A stretch of 63,934 nucleotides of DNA, counting the filler, from Licmophora abbreviata (Eukaryota): the NCBI GenBank assembly GCA_900291995.1. It is 13 parts of 13 records of this genome, joined end to end, with 100 filler letters (N's around TTAATTAATTAA, not from the genome) between each part and the next. Parts side by side here need not be neighbours in the genome. Positions count along the whole stretch, not along the records: positions 11,542 to 29,345 come from OLMU01001743.1; positions 29,446 to 32,133 come from OLMU01001745.1; 11 more parts are not named here. One strand, 5' to 3'. A program made the position numbers and the translations under genes. Shown here in pieces: positions 21,901-32,233 of this stretch. Under the pieces are notes generated by a model. The model had not been told where the DNA came from and ran no database searches. It saw only the letters and a list, made by a program, of their open reading frames with translations. Position 1 is the stretch's first letter. The number at the start of each line of letters is the position of its first letter.

Positions 21901-23898
21901 CTCCGAAACCCGGTAGTTCTCACGGCGGCGTCTCTGTCGTCTACCCCGAAGAACTTAAATGGGACACACATGTGTCCACGGCTTCTGGAGAAAGATTCGT
22001 ACGGGTAATGGTACAAGTTGTGCATACTCGTAGGACTACAACAGTGGTTGACCCCTTCGATTTTCGATGGGCAGATGGAGCAACTCAAGCTAGAATTTCT
22101 GGAATCTGGATCAGCGTGACCGATGCTCAGTGTGTATATATGACTCAAGGTGGCGAACTGCTACCGTCTGACACGGATGCAACGCCGACAAATGTGGTTC
22201 AAGAGAGCTTGGTCGAGTGCCCATCGGTTGTCTTTGTGTACCTACCCGAGAAGAAAACACAGCCATACAACGTCGCAAAACAATTGTCAGACTTTTTGCA
22301 CGGGGTCCCGTCACAGTGCGTCGTGCAAAAGAGCTACGGCAGTCAGAAGCGCAAAGAGCAGTAGTAAGTACTAGTTTGTTGAGAGGGCGTCTTGTTTGTT
22401 GTCCCAGTGGCCCTCATCCCTTCCGTTGAATCCATCGTGTTGCAATTTCAGCTGCAGCAACATTGCGCTTAAACTTAACACGAAACTCAGCAGCAGCACC
22501 AATGGTGCATATGCGTGGAATGTGGACTATGGCCGTGGCATCGAAGACAATTGGGTGAACGAAGTGCCGACTCTTGTTCTTGGTTACAGTTTGGCAAAAG
22601 GTGTGTAGAATCGATGGAGTCTTGTTTATGTACAATCACCACTCCGTCTCAGACCCAATTGCATTCCAACGTAACACACGAACAGAGCAAGGGATTGATG
22701 GTCGGACGGTGATTGCTGCATCGGCGTGTCTTGATAATGGAATGCGAATCACGCTCGAAACGCGCATCATGCGGGGGAATTGCGCAGTTATTGACGGTGA
22801 CGTAATGGCACACATCACCGTGGTGAGTGGCTTGTGACTGGATCGATGTTTTTCGCCTTGCTTGTGTCGAGCCTCTCATTCTGAGTTTCGACTTGTGACA
22901 GGCACTTGCCACACAGTACTACGCTCAGACAAAGAGGAAACCGAGCGAATTCTTGTGTACAGAGACGGTTCCTCGGAAGGAAGTTTCGACGGTTTGCAGG
23001 AAGAGTGCCGTGGGATCCGGAAGGCGTTGAAGTATCTTCTCTCAGAAGGACAAGAAGATCCAAAGACATGTCCAAAAAGCTGTGATTCAGGATGTATCTT
23101 TTGTACGCCTCCAATCACTTTCGTCGTCTGCATCAACCACCACAACGCCGTTATTACCCCACAGACGGCATCTGTTGGCGGCCGTGGTCCCCACAACGTC
23201 GAAAGTGGCACATGTGTTGACAACTCGAAGCTAATGGCCTTTCGTGACGGTCTTGGGCCGCAGCGGAGCAAAATGCAGCAAGAGCTACACGATCAGCTTT
23301 CTCAATCGGATAGTGATAAGAATCCTGATGTCGATAGGCAGGACTTCTACCTTATTTCGCAAAAGGGCCTCAAAGGCACTTCCAAGCCCGTCTTCTACAG
23401 GGTACTTCTGAATGAAAACGCTGTCTTCACACCAGGCGGCTCGGCAACTCCTCTGACAAAGCGCAAATTGCAGCTTTGTACGTACTTAATGAGCCATCAA
23501 TATGGCACTGCAACGAAAGCTATTCGAGGAGTTCCTGTCACTCGTTACAGCAAGCGTCTTATGAACAGAGTGCTTGGAGCTCTCCCTTGTGAGTGTAAAT
23601 TTATTAATGTCCAAAAACAATGATGCAGATCAATGTGCTCCTCACGCGTCCCTTGTTGTATCGCCTTACAGACATGACAAATTATTTGGGTCCCATCAGT
23701 GATGATACAGACACGTTGCTCGTCCGCTCGAGGCGCTCGGGCGTGACTGCGAATGATGAGACTGATGAGACTGATGACAGGTCGAATGGTGTGTCATTTG
23801 ACGGGTATGATGAGTCTGTCATTATGCCTGCTGCGAGCTGCTTCCGAGGGGAGAGTGACAGGATCTGTCCTCCATTTCGATTGAACTTTACTGCCTAA
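18953..23898 (+). CDS. AGO: Divergent eukaryotic Argonaute (RGG-N-PAZ-MID-PIWI), 11 exons: 18953-19507, 19609-19913, 19992-20271, 20368-20698, 20781-21378, 21469-21655, 21753-22363, 22452-22600, 22686-22822, 22902-23588, 23672-23898; apparent frameshift near 22941-22943
   Basis: RGG leader; VKTNVF; PAZ TTVQQYFQVKYG..FPALPLV..YFPIEFL; MID Y..K..SQCV..YCSNIALKLNTKL; PIWI ILVYRDGSSEG, GTCVD, DFYLISQ.GLKGTSKP.FY. All ten introns are GT..AG. Confidence 0.92.
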
Positions 23899-24446
23899 CA
23901 CTATCGCACAATGAGGTCTGGGTTTTATGGATGCGTCTCAGCGTGTTAGCACGGTTGGGAGGCATACCTTATTTGGATCTACAGGTACAGTCGGTCTGTT
24001 GAATGGACTTGCATGATTAGGATACTTGTAAAAGTACATATTATATATGATTACCCGTCGCAAGCTCATTGTTGCTTCCAGTAGGTACAAGACCGACTGC
24101 AATACAGTAGCACTATGGCAAGGAGAGCTGGTGGAAGGGACAAGGAAACAACATTCGACATCGTGTAGCGCTGAAGCACAAGAAAGCAAGAGCTCTGAGC
24201 TCTTCCTTAAAGCTCTCGCTCTCACTGAAAAGTCGACACCACGAAATCGGCACGTGCTCACACGTCATGGCGCACCTTCGATCGTTTCGTCTAGTCAAGT
24301 CGGCGGTACATTTTTCGCATTAGCTGTCCACCCTGCTGACACTACTATCCCTGAGACTGCTCCGTTGCTGGCCGGTTCGTCACATGCCTGTTCGACTGTA
24401 CTCGTGGTCTCGAATTCTGTGTGAAATAGACGCTTGAGAGCGTCGT

Positions 24447-26456
24447 ATGCCGCGTCATTGGCTAAGCACAACAACTGGCACGATTCTGCTGTCCTTTGTA
24501 CTTTCTTCTTTCAGCCCCAAATCGATCTTAGGCTTTCGTTTCTTTCAACGTCCAAGTATCAGGGCAATGTCGTTTCGTTCAGCCAAGACTATGGTCAAGC
24601 GTAGCAAGACGACAGGCAACGTGGATGAAGAGCGGCAACCACATTCCAAGATGACAATCAACACCAACTCTCTCCTGTTTCGGTGGGCGACGCATTCAGA
24701 TGCCTCCTTTCACTCTCTGGATGACAGAAGCGCCACAGAGATTCGACATGCTCTCCTCACCTGGTATCGTGCTCATCGACGGAAGCTCCCCTGGCGTGGC
24801 GATAAGCCTCCGTTCGACGGCTCTACTGCAGGAGTCAACCGCGGCGCTTCAGACAACAAGCGAGCGGATAGTCACAAGCAGCCGAGTATCAGGAAGTTCT
24901 TTGGGACGACAACGACAGTGGGAAAGGAAGAAGACAAAGCGATCGAGAACGTTGAATCATCAGGAGAAGCTATACCCGTCACCGCCTATGGAGTGTGGGT
25001 CAGCGAAATTATGCTCCAACAGACTCGTGTCGAAGCGGTGATTCCGTACTATCTGAAATGTAAGTGACACAGATACGTCGAGTGCTCCGCTTCTCAAAGA
25101 AGTGAACTCACGTCTATGTGTTTTGCGGTTGAAGGGATGAAGTCTTTCCCGACTGTGTATGACTTGGCGAACGCGACGGAAGAACAAGTCAATGCTCACT
25201 GGGCAGGCCTGGGATTCTATCGCCGGGCGCGACTGTTGCACAAGGGTGCTAAGCGCGTCGTGGACGATTACAACGGTGTACTGCCCCGTACCGTTGAGGA
25301 ACTTCAGAATCTAGAAGGTATCGGGCGGTACACGGCATCGGCCGTTGCGAGTATTGCCTATGATGTGTGTGTCCCCGTTGTCGATGGAAATGTGTGTCGG
25401 GTCTTGTCGAGGCTTACTGGTATCGCAAATCACATCAAGGCGCCAGTACTGAAGGATGATTTGGGATGGGATCTGGCAGAGCAGATTGTCCAAGCAGGCG
25501 ATGGAAGTGACGCGGGTGAAGTGAACCAAGCCTTGATGGAACTTGGTGCGACGTATTGCGCACCTTCAGGGGCGACTGGCATGGACGATCGGGACCCGTT
25601 GAAACCGTTCTACATGTCGACGCAGCTTGGATTTGCGTTTTCAGAGGAGCCAAAGAAAAGCGGGGACAAGCCGAATGGCGGCCTATCTGTGTCTGACTAC
25701 TTGGAAGAAATCGCAGCGGCCCAAGAAGCGACAGGTTCCAGATGCAAGCTTTGCGGCGATGATGGTGTCGAGGTAGCCCTGAACGAGCTCTTCAATGTCT
25801 TCAATTGGGCAGCCAGCGAAAAGTCGCAGACTGATTTTTGCCCAGGCCAGGCTGGACACAGTGTCTTTCCGCTGTCTCCTCCAAAGGGCGAAAAGCGAGA
25901 AGAGGTGCTGGCAGTCGTTGTCGCATCCTATTCATGTGCGTCGGACCAGACGCAGAAATGGTTGCTCGTCAAACGACCAGCAAAAGGTCTGTTGGCAGGA
26001 CAGTGGGAGTTTCCATCTGTCTGCGTCTGGAACAGTGCGGACCTGCCTCCCCAGACGAACAAGAAGCGAAAAAGCGGGAAGATCGAAGTACCGACCATCA
26101 AAGATGCGATTCGAAGGGAAGCTTTGAACGAGTTCCTCGACGAGCTGCTGACGGGCAGCGATGAGAACAAACTGCACCATCACTTGCGTCAGTCGGGCCG
26201 CTCAAGTGTCCAAGACTTACCACTGGAGCATATTTTCAGTCATGTGCGCCATACAATGTGGCTGGAGTACTGCGAGCTAACGGGGCTAGATGGGTCTATC
26301 AGCGATGCTTCTGAGTGGACCGCTGCAAATGGGAGACAAGTTCGGTGGATGTCAGAAAGCGATATGAAAACGGTGGGGATCACATCCGGAGTCAAGAAGG
26401 TATTGAAGGCAGTGAAAGCTAAAACGAAGAAATCGAGCAAGAAACCAAAACGATGA
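24447..26456 (+). CDS. MUTYH: A/G-specific adenine DNA glycosylase MutY/MUTYH; exons 24447-25059 and 25135-26456
   Basis: RKLPWR, VWVSEIMLQQTRV, WAGLGFYRRA, HhH LEGIGRYTA, VVDGNV, GLLAGQWEFP and HIFSH. Confidence 0.93.
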
Positions 26457-26464
26457 TACGGAGG

Positions 26465-27771
26465 CTATTTTAAAACACCAGCCAAAGGCTTTACACCAAG
26501 CTGCGATCGCATCTCGTCGATCAGCTTGGCATTTAGCAAAGTCTCATTCCATGTGTATTGAGGCGCCTCTGTTTTCCCTGCCGCTATGCAGCGCGCTACA
26601 GCTGCTGCTTCGTAGGAAAATCCAGCGCTATTGGGATAGAAGTAACCACCAGCTTGCACAATCTCGTCTGTGTCTGCCGGCAAAGCATATTCATAAGCAA
26701 AGTCGCCACCTATATTACCTCGGCCTGACGCCTTGATCAGCGCGGTTAACTTCGTCGGACAGTGGCCTGGCGAATTGATCTTCATACGCCCTTTGGTACC
26801 TAAAATGATCGTCTCCTCGGCACTCTCGGCTAAGAAACCGCAGCTGCACGTGGCCGTGCCCGCCCTGCATAGAAAGAGACACGACAATGAGCAAAATGTC
26901 TCCACCAGACGTAGCACGTAGACGATAATGTTTGCTCTTTAACTAACCCTGGAAGTTTTGGTGTATTCTCCTCTTCATTCAGGTCGTCCAGAGCTGGGAT
27001 AACAGTGCTTGTTGGAGCGTAGTTGAGTATCAAGGAAGCTTGCAGGTCCACACCAGTAGCCTCGTCAACCTGTCCGATAGCCATGATCTTCTCAGGCTCT
27101 CTACTCGGATAGAACATTGTCACAGCGGCGAACGGATACGGTGCAACAAGAAAGCTTGCTCCACCTCCCAGCTGATGATTATAGAAGAACGAGTTTGGGT
27201 AGTTCTCCGAGTCGGACGCATTGAAATTGAAATCCGAGTACACCGACACCACCTCCCCAAGAATGCCTTTCTCGTTCTCAGAACCAAATGCCAGTCGGCG
27301 AGCTTGCTCCACCGCAGGAAAAAATCGCGTCCACATTCCCTCCAGCATGAACACGTTGCGTTCTCTTGCCAAATTGACCAAGTATTCAGCATCCTCCAAT
27401 GAACACGCAAATGGCTTCTCTACCAATACATGCTTATCGGCCTTCAAGATTTGTTCCACAATCACACGACGAAATGCATGAACATTCCCCACATAGACAA
27501 TCTGAACATTTTCGTCCTTCACAAGTTCGTCATAGCTCCCATAATGCTTTGGAATCTTGTGCTTTTCGGCAAAGACTTTGGAACTCTCAAAGCTACGTGC
27601 GGCGCACGCGACGACAGACGCCGAGGGCAAATGCTTCAAACTTTGAGTAAAGTCATGCGACACGCGTCCACATCCAAGAATCCCCCAACTCAGCGGAGGA
27701 CACTCGAGGGGATCCTCCATGGATGGGTCGTCCATGGGTGGAGGAGGTTTCGTAGTCGTCGCCGCCATCAT
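26465..27771 (-). CDS. Gfo/Idh/MocA oxidoreductase (DHDH / D-xylose 1-dehydrogenase-like); exons 27771-26948 and 26864-26465
   Basis: WGILGCGRVS, KHVLVEKPF, FMLEGMWTRFFP and LGGGA. GT..AG intron at 26947-26865. Confidence 0.88.
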
Positions 27772-28431
27772 GGTTGTTCTTTGAACAAGGTGCGGGAAAG
27801 GCGCGAGCGAAGTGCGTCATCGAGAAACTATATTATCGGAGCTTGGAGCTCGCAGATGGGATCCTTTTGTTCGGAGACGACGACGGGACGACCATGGGGG
27901 TGCCTGAACGGAACAAGGCCGTTCGTTGATCAAAACGAGAGGCATGGGTAGCAAATGGAGGCCCGTATCATTTTCGGATGACTGTGGGTATGGAGGAGAG
28001 AAGTTGGATAGGAGCGAAAGCATTTTTCATCTTTCAAGCGTGCTGTCGCGACCGGCCGGCATCCATGATTGCATGCCCCACACGCGTCCTCAAACACCAA
28101 AACGATCTGGTCTATTCTCCTCTGTCACAAGATTAACCATCGACCGAAGCACAGCGAGGTAAGTTTTGATGACATTGAATGAATATCTAGCAAAATGCTA
28201 CATGCTTTCGAGCAATGGTCGCTGGTCGGTAGCTCCAGCGTTGATGCAATGACAAACTCATAGATGAAGGTACAAATATGTGGTGCAAGGCGTGTTCGTG
28301 GCATCAGTCAATGCTTACAATACTATTATACTTCTAGAATCTATATCGCACGGAGCGACCTGGAGTCCTTGTATAGATCGTCTCGACCGCATTGCTGGAA
28401 AGAACATCGTTGCATGTAATGCCGCATGTTC

Positions 28432-28760
28432 TTACTTTCCCGAGCTAGTAGTGTTTCCACTGGGGGACGTGTAGGTAGAGGAACCGCTGCCCGAGTTGTA
28501 GTAGGTCGATCCGTTGTCGTTGGCGTAGTAGTACGAGCCGTTCGAGTTGGAGTCTGTGAGAGAAATGCAAGGAGAACAAGAATCAATGAGGACATTCGGA
28601 AAGATTATTTAAGTATATAAGACGAGCAAACACACGGCGGCCGTCACTCACAGTGGTACGACGATCCCGAGCCCGAGTTCGTTCCTCCAGGGGTGTTGTA
28701 GTGGTTTCCCTGGCTGTTGTAGCCAGAGCTAGACGAGTTGTTTCCGGATCCGCGAGGCAT
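28432..28760 (-). CDS. 76-aa Ser/Gly/Asn/Tyr-rich microprotein; exons 28760-28652 and 28553-28432
   Basis: ATG..CAC T|GTGAGT intron ..CTCACAG|AC TCC gives MPRGSGNNSSSSGYNSQGNHYNTPGGTNSGSGSSYHYSNSNGSYYYANDNGSTYYNSGSGSSTYTSPSGNTTSSGK*. Strong C-ending codon bias. Confidence 0.85.
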
Positions 28761-29048
28761 GATGATGATGATGATTGAGCAATGCGACGAGTGTCAACGC
28801 GAACAGAACTTTTTGTGTGAGAATATCTTTTGGAGGGAAGAAATGTAGTACGAAGATTTATGTAGGTTTGTACATACGAGTTCCGCCGTAGAAGTATACC
28901 CCAATTTTTGGCGCCCCAGGAAGTGATTGAAATGCCGTATTTCTGTAGGTTTTCAAAAAGTTGATACGGAATCGAAAAAAAATGACAATCCATCATCCTC
29001 ATCAAGTCTCGATCTGCGCCATCATCGTACCGCGGTATCGCGACGACC

Positions 29049-29345
29049 ATGGCGGCCATGAGGAGACAGCATCACCACACACAGGGATCAGAATCCGTAT
29101 CTCGGAGAAATGCAGATAGTCAAGGTGGCGCTCAGAAGAAAAGGAAATCTTCTCGGAATGTTTTCTCTGGCATTTCCAAGGCTCTCGTTGTTGCCTTGAT
29201 GGTGCTACTTGCATGCTGGGTCTCCTCACAACAGCGACCTCCATTTCTTGATGATTTCATGACACCAGAACGCGGTGTTTCCGTGGATATGCCCCCGCTG
29301 CTAGTTTCGTTTTCTTCCGACGCACTGAACCTTCAAGAATGCTCC
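29049..29345 (+). CDS. N-terminal fragment of a probable type II membrane protein, truncated by the gap
   Basis: Basic segment followed by one hydrophobic helix (ALVVALMVLLACWV); the frame runs into the gap. Confidence 0.5.
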
Positions 29346-29445
29346 NNNNNNNNNNNNNNNNNNNNNNNNNNNNNNNNNNNNNNNNNNNNTTAATTAATTA
29401 ANNNNNNNNNNNNNNNNNNNNNNNNNNNNNNNNNNNNNNNNNNNN

Positions 29446-31650
29446 TCCACGGGATACATGCAAAATAGTCTGGTACACATCAAACGGTGTTGTATAGAGT
29501 TCAGCGTTGGCAACCGAATCACTTTCTTGAGCATTTGAAGTTCCAGAGGGCAGGTGCATGTGCAGTATAGGCTGCGATCGTTCTCTTCTTCCCTCAGGCG
29601 ACAGCAAGTAGCTTCCATAGTGAAGCCCATGATCCGACAATAGCAAAATGAGCGTATTATTCCATATTTCACCCCTAATCTTGCTTTGCCGTTGTTCGTA
29701 AAACGAATAGAGAAATTTCCACAAAAGCGTGTCGAGTGTCCCTTCCATACTCATGGTGTCTTCGTGAGAGTCAATGAAGTGTAGAAAACCAGCCCAGGGG
29801 CGACCCATTTTTAAATAAGTGCGCACAAAGCTCTGAAAGTGTTCCGTCATGTGCTCCGCTGCGCTCTTGTGGCCTACGCAGTTGGGGCGCTGAAACTCAT
29901 AGCACATCATGTGCGTGAGAGCCTCCCCATGATGCGTTTGTGGTCGAATGGACTGCATCATGTTTGAATTTTCAATACATCCGTCTTCGGCCTTGAAAGT
30001 GGCGTATCCCTCATCCCGGAGAGAATCCCATAGCCATTGCTTCATCGTACTATTGCTGCCATCCTCCAATAAGTGTTTCGCGATCGTATCACGCGAGTGC
30101 AATGGATATCCTGAATACAAGGCCGCTTGGTTCGGCCCAGAACTGTTTCCGACTGCTGTATAGTTGGAAAACGACAAAAAGTTTAGCCGCTGCAGCAATC
30201 GGTTCGTTTTGGGGAGCGACCTTTCGAACCGCGACCGACTTATTGGATCCATCATGAGCACCAGCAAGTTTGGCCGCTTCTTTTTGACGTCCTTTTCACC
30301 CGGTGTCAATTCGAGCTGAGGAGTCAGGATACGCGATACACAAGTGGATATCCATCGTGCCTCACAAAATACTCGTGCACATGCAGCTTCGGAACTCGGT
30401 ATGTCGTTGTTGTGGTTAGCCCACACGTCTTTCACTTGAAGAGCCGGAATCCCTCGACACGTCGCCACTAGTCGAGTAGATCCATCTCTTCTCACAAACT
30501 TCAGTCCCACGTCAGTACTGGAGCAGCTCCGATATTCAATGTGACCAGGCTTGACTCCGAGAACATACTCTGTGGCAGCCGGAATGGCCAAGTCAAACCC
30601 CTGCGTGCAGAAAAGGTATCCCCGGACATGCGCCTTGGCTCTCTTTGCCGTTGCTCGCAGAGTTTGAAAGAAGAACTTAATCGACGCTATCGAGGATGTT
30701 GCTTTCATTGGTTCCCCCGTATCCTCCTCTTGCAGCAAGATGTTTGGACGAAGGACGGAGTCGAAATGTGATAGACTCAATATCTGCACCTTGTACTTTC
30801 GAGCTGTTAGTACCTCCGCAGCCTCTCGCCCAAACGTTTGTCCGCCGGGATCTGCCCCCACTCCCAGGACAATGTACGTAATGGTCGTATTACTCAACCA
30901 CCCAGTCGCTCGTTCAAAGACTGCTCTTGTGTCGAACCCAGCATCTACGAGGGCAAAAAGCGTCCAGCTGGGTAAATCATGAAAAGGCGACGTTGGTTCC
31001 AACCCGGTAATAGCGTGGCCTTGTCGAAAGGCATGTAGCAAGGTCGACCCAGCCACAGAATGGTTCATTTGAACTCGTAGCTCTTCTTCTGCTATACTCG
31101 ATTGCGACACGCCGCTCTGCACGCGGTGAGCCAGCTTTGCAGCTTCGGGCGCGAGGACGAGGACGTGTGCCTGCTGGGCAATGTGTCGAGAGCATATCCG
31201 CGTGAGCAAGTCTCGAAAAACAAAACCAAAGAATGTCTGAGACGAGCCATAGATATAACCTGGGATACGCTTCGGGTTCCGTGATAAGATGTCGGGTGGT
31301 GATTTGCCACTCAAGTCGAAGAGCTCTTGCATTGCATTCTCAGTTATGCTGAAGCTGCTGCTGCTACTCCTGGCCGGGCTGGGTAAAACAAAATTCTTCT
31401 TCGCGCTTTCATTCTTTTGCGCAAGAGTTGGTACTCTATAAACAGACACGTTTATGAAACAACATGTTGCAATCAGGGCTGCGAGCAGGAACAGGATAGC
31501 CCGGGAATGCCTGAGGCGTAAAAACGGGCGCGGCTTCGTGTTCCGGGAGGTGCCAACGAGCGCCGCTCCACTCTGACGATGCTTGCTGGTCTCGATCCCA
31601 CTGATACGCTCGGAATCAGGCAAGGGAATTCTGTACGAGGTGGGGCTCAT
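29446..31650 (-). CDS. DUF229 / alkaline-phosphatase-sulfatase superfamily type II membrane protein, 3'-truncated by the gap
   Basis: TM helix, then RPNLLVLMMDPISRSRFERSLPKT, FLHFIDSHE, ILLLSDHGLHYG and YTTPFDVYQTI. Confidence 0.8.
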
Positions 31651-32233
31651 AGCGTGAACATCCTTTCGAGAAACTTTTGTAAAAGAGTACCTGGTACCAA
31701 TAATAGAGAAAAAGATCAATGCAAAAGAGCGCTACACAACGACGAAAGCGCGGAGACGTACGAGTAGTGCGGTAGACTATCCTCTTTGAACCTGCGACCC
31801 CATCATCAGGTTGTTTTTGGAGCGCGACCGCTCATGCATCATCACAATTTCAACGTTGAAACAGAACAGCTCGGCGTGCTCTTTCCGCCAAATGCAAGCT
31901 TTATATATCATTATTTTGTATTAAACAATTAATACACAAGTATATTGGAGAGCGATGAGGAGTGAAAAGCTATTTGAAATTGTGCCGTTGCATGCACTCC
32001 GATGGAACGGTACTCGTACTCCGATGCGAAGGGTAATTTTTCGCCTATTTCGCCTCTCGTCGATGCTGGAAATGGCGCGCTGAACGACGGTGATACAGTA
32101 GCACAGGAAGAAAAAACGTTCAAGCCACCCCCCNNNNNNNNNNNNNNNNNNNNNNNNNNNNNNNNNNNNNNNNNNNNTTAATTAATTAANNNNNNNNNNN
32201 NNNNNNNNNNNNNNNNNNNNNNNNNNNNNNNNN

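Noticed and set aside
22930..22945. Programmed -1 ribosomal frameshift in AGO
   Set aside because: No canonical X XXY YYZ heptamer in the zero frame (AAG AGG AAA CCG). An indel is more likely.
18953..23898. Prokaryotic Argonaute defence system
   Set aside because: Ten spliceosomal introns, an RGG leader and eukaryotic neighbours; no operonic effector.
31780..31812. tRNA-like GGTTCAAA T-loop on the minus strand
   Set aside because: No T-stem closure, D arm or acceptor stem could be built.
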